DNA of 64,000 nt from Octopus vulgaris. Its lineage: Eukaryota. Of this stretch, positions 53,397-64,000 are shown in pieces. The notes under the pieces were generated by a model. That model ran no database searches, was not told the DNA's origin, and saw only the letters and a list, made by a program, of their open reading frames with translations. Made by a program: the position numbers and the translations under genes. How positions within the stretch are numbered: the stretch's first letter is position 1; every line of letters starts with the position of its first letter. The stretch covers positions 130,076,001 to 130,140,000 of the forward strand of contig OX597815.1 of assembly GCA_951406725.2 (NCBI GenBank), read 5' to 3'.

Positions 53397-54985
53397 AAGA
53401 AGCTTGCTTCCCAACCAGATGATTCCGGGTTCACTTCTTTGCGTGACACCTTGGGTAACTATCGTCTCCTATAGCCTCGGGTCGATGAAAGCCTTGTAGG
53501 TGGATTTGGTAGACGGAAACTGAAAGAAGCCCATCGTATATATATGTGTCTGAGTTTGTTCCCCACCATCACTTGAAAACCGGTGTTGGTGTGTTTACGT
53601 CCCTTCAATTTAGCGGTGCGGTCAAAAGAGACCGATAGAATAAGTACCGAGCTTACAAAGAATTAGTCCTGGAGCAGACTTTTCGTCTAAAGTCGGTGCT
53701 CCAGCATGGCTGCAGCCAGATGACTGAAACAAATAAAAGAATAGAAGAATATATTTATGTGTGTGTGTGTGTGTTTTGTCACTCACTCCACCGCTTCATA
53801 ACTGATGTTGATCTGGTGTTGGTTTGTTTACGTCCCTGTAACTTAGCAGAATAAGTACCAAACCTGAGAAATAAGTACTAGGGTCAGTTTCTTAGGCAGG
53901 AACCCTTCATGGTTGTGCCCCCAGCATTATCCACTGTCCATTGAGTGAAACAAAAGAAGAAAGGTATATATTTTAAATTTTAGAACGTTGATTGAAAAAC
54001 ACATATACAGAAGTATCCGATCGAGTGTTTAATCAATATCAATATTTTTAGTTATATCAACGTATTCCCAGAATCTCCAAATCCCACCATGGCGTTTCTA
54101 TTTAGATTATATCGTCCTCAGGGATAAAGCAACACGTGTGGTCGTGGGCTAGTGTCAGGATAATCAATATATTTTACAACTTTGTATTTTATAATTAATT
54201 TATTGACGTGCGTATCCCTGAATCCATTAGCTTTTAGCAAAGGCTTCTCTAATCCAGAACTACATACAATTCTAGCTAGTCTCCCTTAAAAATATTAACT
54301 GAAAATGTTGACTGTTATACATACATACATACATACTTACATGCATGCATAAAGCAAAACATACAAATCTGCACATATACATACGTACAACAAAAATTAC
54401 ATATTTCTTTACTACCCACTAGGGGCTAAACACAGAGGGGACAAACAAGGACAGACAAACAGATTAAGTCGATTACATCGACCCCAGTGCGTAACGGGTA
54501 CTTAATTTTTCGACCCCGAAAGGACGAAAGGCAAAGTCGACCTCGGCGGAATTTGAACTCAGAACGTAGCGGCAGATGAAATACGGCTACGCATTTCGCC
54601 AGCTAACGTTTCTGCCAGCTCGCCGCCTTACAAAAATTACCTTGTTGTTGATGTCGAAATTCTAATGGAAAAGCCTTGGATCTAGGTTAGAAATTGACTC
54701 TTTATTGGCAAAAAATCTTGAAATAAAACTGAACAATGACATACATACGTACATGTATGCATGCATACATGCATGCACGCATACATACAAACTCACAACA
54801 TGGCCACAGCCTAATGACTGAAATAAGTAAAAGGTATACCGGTTACTCTGACGAATGTGGTTCTTAGATTATTGTCTTATTATGTAGTGTCCTGTACGAA
54901 ACCGATTTGTAAAATCGGATCTATAATATTGCATACTTTGCCTATTATTTCTGATCTATGTTTCTTTCTGATTTACGGATTCTTA

Positions 54986-55027
<42 letters not shown>

Positions 55028-55378
55028 CAGAGTGATTCAAAAGTCGCCATACATGGGGGCAATTTATGTTTTTATAAGAAACAGTTTATAACAACAGTTT
55101 TTTTTTTAATATCTAACAGTCTCTATATGGTTACCGTTGTTTTGATTACACATTGCAACACTCATTGTGAACTCGTAATAGCACATCTGGTGATACATGT
55201 GCAAAGGAGTTGGTGATGCATTCCTTCAAATCATTTATGTCTTTTATCTTTCTGCAATACATCATGCTTTTCAAATGCCCCCAAAGATAAAAATCAAGAA
55301 GGATCAGATCAGGGGATCTATAAAGTGTTTCTTAATAAAAAAAATATTTTTCCTATGTATGGAGACTTTTGAATCACC

Positions 55379-55381
<3 letters not shown>
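55028..55381 (-). mobile_element. Internally deleted Tc1/mariner element with ~30-bp TIRs in (TA)n
   Basis: cagagtgattcaaaagtcgccataca ... tgtatggagacttttgaatcaccctc with TA flanks. The minus strand keeps PDLILLDFYLWGHLKS (transposase C-terminus). Confidence 0.82.
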
Positions 55382-55433
<52 letters not shown>

Positions 55434-56340
55434 TGGATTTGGTAGATGGAAACTGAAAGAAGCCCGTCATATATATATATATATACGTGTGTATGTGTGT
55501 GTGTGTGCGTGCGTGCGTGTGTGTGTGTGTATATATTTGTGTGTCTGTTTGTCCCCCCACCACTACCGCTTGACAACCGATGTTGGTGTGTTTATGCCCC
55601 CGTAACTTAGCGGTTCGGCCGAAGAGACCGATGGAATAAGCACGATGCTTACAAAGAATAAATCCTGAGGTCGATTTCTTCGACTAAAGGCAGTGCTCCA
55701 GCATGGCCGCAGTTAAATGACTGAAACAAATAAAAGAGTATATGTCTACCACGCTGTAATAATATTTTCAAATATTAGCACAAGTCCAGCAAATTAGATC
55801 GACTCCAGTGGTCAACTGGTACTTATTTTGTCGACCCTGAAAGGACAAAAGGCAGAGTTGACCTCGACGGAATTTGAACTAAAATGTAGAGACGTACAAA
55901 ATGCTGCTAAGCATTTTCCCCAGTTGCTAATGTTTCTGCCTGCTCGCCGCTTTCTTCCACCGGTAATAATATTACTTTTCACTTAGAGTATTACTTGGAT
56001 AAAATCATCTCTATGTGCAATAAAAATGGCCGCATTAAACCTCTAATCGTGGTCTCTAATCCAGCTCTAATTGAGCACACTGATCAAAGGAACGGAGATA
56101 TTTTAGTTATCACTGATTTATGACTGACTGTTCCATGTTTTGTGACTTAGTGTAGGACTTTTTCTTCAATGCGTTCTGCCTTATTTAAGACAATAGGGTA
56201 TGATTTTCAGCGTGGTTAAACCTGCCCTTTCCCACAAATCGAGCGACCTCGCCTAGAGCCATCTTAATTTATGTTAGTATCTTTTCGAAACTTAACACTT
56301 CATGTCTTATAGCAATCACACACACGCACGCACGCACACA

Positions 56341-56440
<100 letters not shown>

Positions 56441-56744
56441 GCGTGTCTTTGTATTTACATCTATATGTTTGTTTGTCTATGTATGTATTATGTTCTCTTC
56501 TGTTTTTAGCTATTTGAGGTCTTGCTGTAAGGAAGGAGCTGCTTTCTAACATATATACAAAGTTTCATAGTTGAAAATGTATATAACAAATACAAATTCA
56601 CGTTTTGAACTCCTAAAGTTTGCTTATTCTTATTGTTCAGCTTACAGATTCTATTTCTTATCTACATGTTAGCTGGTTGATTTCTTTTTCTGAAAACGCC
56701 AGCTTAACCGGATTGTCACTAACGTCACAAAAATCAAGAGCACC

Positions 56745-57890
56745 AATTACGCAGACCAAAAAATTCTTTTTATCTCTGCTGTCAAAGAATGTGGACCTGA
56801 ACTAGTGGTTGTTTTGACACACAGAATCCGAAAATTACAGCCATTTATTACCATCACTTCAAGATTTTAAGATACTGGATTCATAGAATTTCCTTGTTTT
56901 TCTGTTTCAATAAAACAGTTTATGAGGAAAAAAGCATAGCATACATATATAGTAATTGGTTTTTCTTTAAACTCAGAATGCTTTCTTAAAATTCTATTGA
57001 AAAACAAGAAAAATCTTAAATTTTCTGTAGGCAAATTACGTGATTGTTTATTCCTAATTATCTATGAATTTGCGTTGGATTGATTTTCATAGCCCGCCAT
57101 CACATGCAAGTCCCATCTGCCTTGATACCTTTGTTCCATTGATTTTTATGTCCTAATGGAAGTGTTCTACCTGTTCATCACTTATATCACCAAGATTTTC
57201 AGGGATTTTATGAAGGTGCCTTTGGATTTAGTGCAGCTTTATGCGCATATTTGCTCCTAACTTTTGTAAGTTTTCCAGCATTGTTGCCGATGATTTTGAC
57301 ATAGCTGGCTTCTTTCTTGCTGCCTAGAAAGTCATTTACAACTATTAAAAATGAATCTCGTGCAGTTTATTGAATTTACGAAGTTCCCATCTTTCATAAT
57401 TTTTTTTTTTTTTGCGGCCCATCAAATATTCTAGCTTTTATCATTTCACTGCTCAGACAGGGAAATTCCCTGCGGATATAGTGAAACCTCGGTCCGTCTT
57501 TATACAGAGCTTTAAACAATTGCTTCATGCTGCCAAGTTTGATAAGAAATGGAAGTTGGCTGAACTAAAAGCTCTTCAACCACATCAAAATACCTTGGAA
57601 CTCATGTCAGCTGTAGCCATTTTTTGATCACCTAATGATTTTCCATTGCTTTGCTACCCTGCATACATGAAAAACATAGATATTTGGTGAATCAACTTTG
57701 TTGCCCTAAGGGAAAAATTAACCATCTTAAAGTCCACGTATATCAAACAGGGATAATTGGAGGGTTTGGATATCTTGAAATCTAGATATGATGGTAAAAA
57801 ATAGATTCCGTTTTTCGATTCAGCATATCAGAAAAATCATTCAAAGCAGGTAAAAGCATTCCGACAACAAAGTACCAGTTAGATTGTGTT
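56745..57890 (-). mobile_element. Second Chapaev3-like transposon remnant
   Basis: Minus strand DEQVEHFH*DI..MEQRYQGRWDLHVMAGY at ~57090-57180, the same family motif as 11440-12370. Ends approximate. Confidence 0.6.
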
Positions 57891-57929
57891 ATTATTGATG
57901 CAAGTGTGAATTTATAATTTGAATACGGC

Positions 57930-58300
57930 AGCTGGTGTTTTCGAAGTAGTTGTCCGTATTTATCTTCTTCCTCTTTGATTTTCGAAGAGATATTCTTATC
58001 AGCATAGTAGCTAGACTCTATGACGGTACATACTTTTTCTTTTCTGTTTCAAATGATGATATCCAGTCTGTTATGTCTGCACTTGTTAAACATTTTGATA
58101 GGAATGTTTCACCAATATTCCTTGTATTCATTTTTATGTATGTATTCAATGATAGAGGGATTCGCTATATTTATTCCCGACCAATCTTTGTGTATTGATT
58201 TAATGACTGCATCTTTTCGCATTGGGTGGTACCTTGATAGTATTTTTAGGTACTTGCTGATCACATGTCTGATGTCTGTCACAGAAATGTGACATCATCG
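57930..58300 (-). mobile_element. Old RLE-type non-LTR retrotransposon fragment
   Basis: Minus strand EYW*NIPI...HNRLDIII*NRKEKVCTVIE...ADKNISSKIKEEDKYGQL resembles a degenerate PD-(D/E)xK endonuclease. Confidence 0.5.
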
Positions 58301-58455
58301 ACATTTTGGGTTGCATCTTTGAACTTCAAGGGCTTTAATTTTACCTTTTCATGCAGAAAGGTTTCAGCTAAGTAATGGAGTTAAAGAAGCAAATTATTCT
58401 GTACTTCCAATACTTATAAGACTGAAGTGTACCACTTCCTACTATCTATTAATAG

Positions 58456-58519
<64 letters not shown>

Positions 58520-59461
58520 ATTGCAACTTATCTCTCTTTGACATTGATCCTTCACAAGTAAGCTAAAATTCTAATGTCTCCACTAGCTACGAATGTGAAG
58601 CTTGTATTATAATCTTTATTCAGGTTATTGACTTTTGAGCTGAAAGTTGTTAAAAAAACATTGGAGCGTGGCATTAACTACCTAAGTGTATTTAATGTTG
58701 TCCCTTAATGTTAAGACTTCAAATAACACTGACTTTGGCTTTACGTATCTTTTCTCAAAGCCTGATAACATCAAGATCAGAAATCAACTAAACACCGACT
58801 ATAACCTTTTGGCTATATTTTCTTTGTTTTTGTTGAAAATATTTATTTTGATATAATTAATCAAAAACCTTAAGCAGACAGAAACGTTTGAGTATCGAAT
58901 AACACGAATTAAGCTTTCTTTTATCTGTTTATCTTTTTATTCCTTTACTTGTTTTAGACATTGGACAGTTGCCATGATGAGGGAACGCTTTGAAAGATTT
59001 TTAGTCAATCAGATTGACCCCCAATACTTATTTTTGGAAAAGTCTGGTACTTATTCTATCAGTTTCTATTACTGAACCGTTAGGTTAACAAGACGCAAAC
59101 AAACCGGCATCACTTGTCAAGCGGTAGATAGTCCTCCACAGCACAAGCCCACAGGACTTACAAGGTGTTTGTCGGTCCAGTGTTATAGTACAAGACCCTT
59201 GCCTAAGGTGCTGTGTATTAGGACTTAACTAAAAACTGCGTGGCTGCAAAGCGAGTTTCTTATCCACACAGTTTTATGACGCTCACCCTCACTGTGGCAA
59301 ATCAGAATTAGTGTTTGTCAGTACGTCATTACTACTTAATTAGTTCGATTCATAAATAACTCGGAGAGGCCATCTTTGTAGTAATATACACCTAGAGTAG
59401 AAATACAACCTATTAGTTCAAATCCCCTAAGCGATAAAATCTCCGATCGTATATGTGAAGA

Positions 59462-59765
59462 TGCATGGGTTAGTGGTTTGGGTATTCGGCTCACGATTGA
59501 ATCGTCGTGACCTCGATTCTTGGCGGCGCGTTGTGTCCTTGATCAAGACTCTCGTTGCTCCAGTTGACTCAGCTGGTAAAAGAATATGCTGTACCTTTAA
59601 TTAAAGGGGCCAGCTTTGTCACGTTGTGTTATACTGAATCTGCCTGAGAACTTCGTTAAGAGTACGCGTATGTGTAGAGTACTCAGCCACTTGCGTGTTA
59701 GTTTCACGAGAAGGCTGTTCCGTTGATCGGATCAACTAGAACACTCGTCGTCATAACCGCCGGAG
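59462..59765 (+). mobile_element. SINE family C (tRNA-derived)
   Basis: gcatgggttagtggtt (box A) and ctcgattc (box B), followed by gttgtgtccttgatcaagac. Related copies at ~38400-38670 (-), 12440-12690 (-) and 8555-8620 (+). Confidence 0.65.
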
Positions 59766-60592
59766 AATCAGGCAGGTGATTACTAACACCCTTCATCACA
59801 GAGCAGATTTACTGTTCATTGGTCAGTCTTACTTTAGCTGCATTTTCAATGTGCATTCGTTTACTACGTGCATTTCTTTTTTGAACAATCAATCCCATGT
59901 TTCATATTGGTTTTGACTTGAAATACTTCTTGATACAACATTTCATTGGGATTGCATCAATTTATCTTTCAATCAATCAAGCTCTGCGCTTGTTTCTTTT
60001 AAAATTCATTTTGGAGTTCTGAAGACGTTTTTTGAAACCGGTCGACGGATGTATTTCTCCGAAAATATGACCATATAGGAAAATCAAATGTAAGCCGGCG
60101 TTACAGAATATTTGGGCCGCTGTCGACCAAGGCTGGTCATGCATCTACTCACGTATGAGCAGGCCTGACTAAGATTTTTTGCCTAAGACTGGCAGTCGCC
60201 CATATATATCAGATTCCCCTATTCACGGCATCAATGTTTATCTGTCGACTTGGTAGACGTGGAAGCACAACCGGCTCCCTGCGTCTTTGATATTTGACAA
60301 TTTTACCGGGAGTGGGTATCTATTACAACAGCGACTGCGGTCGACCGTTGGATGCTGTCAGCATTGGTGAGGGACGTGGTGAACTCGTTGATCGGAGCTG
60401 GCTCAACCCACCCCGGGTGAATGCTGCCAAAAGTATAAATTTAACGCCATACCATTTCAGTCGTTGCTGTCAGAACGCAGACAACAGGAAATATACATGG
60501 CAAGTAACTTGTTTTAAGCGTCTCCTTTTATCTCTATTTAGAATTTCTTCGAATATCAGTGAATATCTGTGTGTGTGTGCGTGTGTGTGTGT

Positions 60593-60628
<36 letters not shown>

Positions 60629-63375
60629 GAGGATTGTCTGTCGATTACTTTCTTCTACTCTAATTTTTATCATCCCAGATGAAATTGTTTAATTTCATAC
60701 GTAATTTTAAGATATACCGAAATATTTAGATCTACAGTTTCGACATGTTTGTAATAGTGTAGGTGTATATTTTGGATCACATTACATTTATGCAACTCTG
60801 CGACATTTAAAGAAGTGGGTTGCAAGAAAATCTATTGAATAGATTAGAAATAAGAGCTATATTTATGATTCTGTAACTCGGTAACAATATCATAATTAAT
60901 GACATTTTCTGCATTTGCTTTGTGGAGTCATGTTACATAAAACATACAGCCAACGGGAATTTTTTAAACAAGTTTTATATTTGAATAATTTATCAGTGAT
61001 AACATTGGATTTATGTTTTATTATGACAGTTTGGAATATTTGCGAAGCATCTTTCATTTTGTTGATCTTTTCGTTCTATTTTGAGCAAATTAGCAAAATT
61101 TAATAGAATAAGCTGAAAACTATTTATATAATTGTCGAAATAATGACTGAGTTTAATGCCATGCCGAACTGAACATACTGTAATGGATACTCAGCTCTGG
61201 CATTTATTTTTCTTACTATATCTTTCTTTTTAAATGTATATATTCTGATATTGTATATCGTGGTATGGTGAACCAAATTCTAAAACTTTTTCTTGAACAC
61301 TAGAACTCATGGCTGGTTACTTGGTATAAGAGACCAAGATCACAACATTCTTCCTGAATGGGTAGCCAGTCCGTTGCAGAGTTCAAGCCCAGTAATTTTG
61401 AAGGGAGAGGACAAGTCAGTTACACCAACCCCCTACTCTCCAGTGCTTGACTGGTACTATATTTTATCGACCCCGGGGCGGGGGATGAAAGGCAAAATTA
61501 GTCTCGGCGAGATTTGAACTCACACCCTAAAGAGCCGGAAGAAATGCTGCTAAGCATTTTACCCAACATGTTAACGATTCTGTCGCAAGATACGAACGCT
61601 GAATTCCCGTTTAAGATGAAAGAAACTGGTCGTTTGCCTAGTGACTATATTATGTATTTGATATTTATTAATTTATTCAATTATACCTCGTTAAGTTAAA
61701 AATATAGCTTGAGATACAGCGATTTAAAAGACCTTCACAGTTTGCAGTCTCGATCGTAGAGTCAAGCAAATTGATGACAGCTTTCTTTGCTGTAAACAAT
61801 AACACCATTAAATCAACATTTGCTTCTTCTGATAGCAGCGAAGAGGCCAAAGTGCAAGCTAATGAATATTATATTTCATTTACAAAATGCAACAATGAAG
61901 AAACTGTTCTCTATCTTGTTAAAAGCTACAATGATAATAAACAAAAATATTCCACTTAGTTAGAAACATTCACAGAAAAGGGTTGTTAAGCTAAAAATGG
62001 ATTAGCTAATTAATATTTTAACAAACATTATTAGGTTAATGGAGTTTCTACAGTAGTTTCAGCAGTTGTAAAACGCGTACATTGCATAGGGAAGGTCAAA
62101 TTTAGAGAACATTGAATTCAACAGTGCGTAACTGGTACTTATTTAATCGACCCCGAAAGAATGAAAGGCAAAGTCGACCTCGGCGGAATTTGAACTCAGA
62201 ATGTAGTGGCAGACAAAATACCGCTAAGCATTTCGCCCGGCGTGCTAACGTTTCTGCCAGCTTGGTTCAGTAAGTATATAATTAGAAGTAGATTGCATTC
62301 TATTGGATATTTTTTATTCATAATGCTATTGTTGTGCTATTGCCATGTCGAGCCAGTCGTTCAAGATAGAATGTCTACAAAAAACTCGTGTTTATAAACT
62401 GCGACAAACATAATTACCATCCTGTCAGCCAATAAACAACAGTTATTACTTTTGGTGGATGGGTGAGGAGGGAGGTATCTTTTGTCATTGACCAACTCTA
62501 TGAATGGGACGAAATGCATCAGGCGTTTAAGATTTCTGTACATGGCAAGTAACTTGTTTCTCATGTATAAAACACGGGTTTCAGAACCAGGGATTTCACA
62601 GTTATTTTTCCTACATGTTTGTACGATTATTCTAACAGTGTGACCTTGACTTTGCACAGTAACGAAATACTGAACGATATAGATATCAAATTGGTATATC
62701 AATTACCTAAATACACCAGTAGGCTACACTGCATTAGTTCCAGGTTTGCAGTTGCAATTTGTGCCGTATTAAACTGTGATTTTAGTTTAGGCTTGTGCAA
62801 AGCGGTAATTAATTATGTCAATTGTCATAAACGAGTAATGAATTCGGAAAGCAATCAATCATTATCATTTTCAAGTAGCGGAGCAAAATGTTTCTTTGTC
62901 TTCATGCGTTGAGAAACGTTGCTACACAACTTTGAAATACTTCGGATTTATCTTGCAGTTCTACTTAACAATGCATGCACACGAACATGTGCTAAATACG
63001 AGCCTTTTTGAGATTCTTTACGTGGTCTATCGAGATATTAGAAACAGCAGCAATATCGCCACCAATTTATACTCTGTCTTCATAAAAAAGAAAGAAACAT
63101 TGGCTAACATCGCAAAAGTAGAGATTGATTACAGTTTGAATGCCTTTGATCATAGGATTACTAGATCAGGGTTGAATTGGAACTGAACAAAAAACAACGA
63201 AATGCATTTGTAAACATCATCGAAAGACAGAATGTATAACACAGACATACAAAAATACAGACACGCATATGCATATGTATATATGTGTATGTGTGTGTGT
63301 GTGTGTGTGTAACATTAATGGTCGCTTTTAATTCAAAATTTAATACATACATATGTATATATATATGTACATATG

Positions 63376-63407
<32 letters not shown>

Positions 63408-63726
63408 TGTATGTATGTATGTATGTATCTATCTATCTATCTATCTATCTATCTGTGTGTGTGTGTGTGTATGTGTGTATGTGTGTATATGAGACTGATA
63501 GAGAGAGAAACTCAATTATTTTATCCTACTCTTTGTTCTTTGTTTTTCAACATTTGACGTGGCGGTCTTTCATGTTTTCAGTTTGTGATTTTTCCAATTA
63601 ACAAACAGAATCGCTTTGAGATTTTCACTCTCCAGTAGTAAAACCTCACAATTATTTACGTTTGTTGTCTACATAGTTATTACCTTTATTTATTTATTTA
63701 TTCATTTATTTATTTACTTTGTCTAG

Positions 63727-63847
63727 CATGCTTGCACGATGGGGGAATTACTCATTTCGCTGAGTTACCTTCCAACGGCCGAAAGGTTAACTGTTGTCAT
63801 CATCAAAGCCAAAGACCTAAGAATACTTGGACCAGCAGAAGAATCAG
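63727..63847 (+). CDS. Syt: Synaptotagmin internal exon (start of C2B)
   Basis: Acceptor tactttgtctag at 63726; donor G|gtttgt at 63848; 121 nt, phase 0-1, matching the preceding exon. Encodes HACTMGELLISLSYLPTAERLTVVIIKAKDLRILGPAEES, a classic C2B start. The gene continues beyond the window. Confidence 0.93.
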
Positions 63848-63903
63848 GTTTGTATTTAGATTCTCATATAACTAAAGCAAAGATAGAAACTGAAATGTCC
63901 TTT

Positions 63904-63956
<53 letters not shown>

Positions 63957-64000
63957 ATATTGTGTATTTTACCTGAGACTTTCGTGCTGAACAGATATCG

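Noticed and set aside
54848-54922. CTGACGA...GAAA-ccgatt/aatcgg hammerhead-like motif
   Set aside because: No stem II pairing, and the base after stem III is A rather than the required U.

Overview
AT-rich, microsatellite-dense eukaryotic DNA. The SINE families and repeat landscape look like an octopus (coleoid cephalopod) genome; that assignment is recognition from memory, not a search. The only host gene is a + strand synaptotagmin. Three internal exons (20928-21065, 34740-35053, 63727-63847) splice in frame and encode the end of the linker, all of C2A and the start of C2B, separated by introns of about 13.7 and 28.7 kb. The rest is transposon debris: tRNA-derived SINEs, mariner/Tc1, Chapaev3-like, Helitron/HINE, CR1, Dong/R4-type RLE elements in (TAA)n, and Penelope-like pLTR fragments carrying hammerhead-ribozyme motifs. 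The most striking observation is a ~2 kb retroelement that encodes only an ORF1/gag-like protein (RRM-like region plus CCHC knuckle, no RT). Two divergent, apparently full-length copies sit at the same nucleotide of the tRNA-derived head of the same SINE family, with 15-16 bp target-site duplications, and a third truncated copy abuts the same SINE family. This suggests a site-specific, SINE-parasitising non-autonomous element. Most entries in the ORF track are microsatellite artefacts. Repeat boundaries are approximate unless TSDs or TIRs are quoted.
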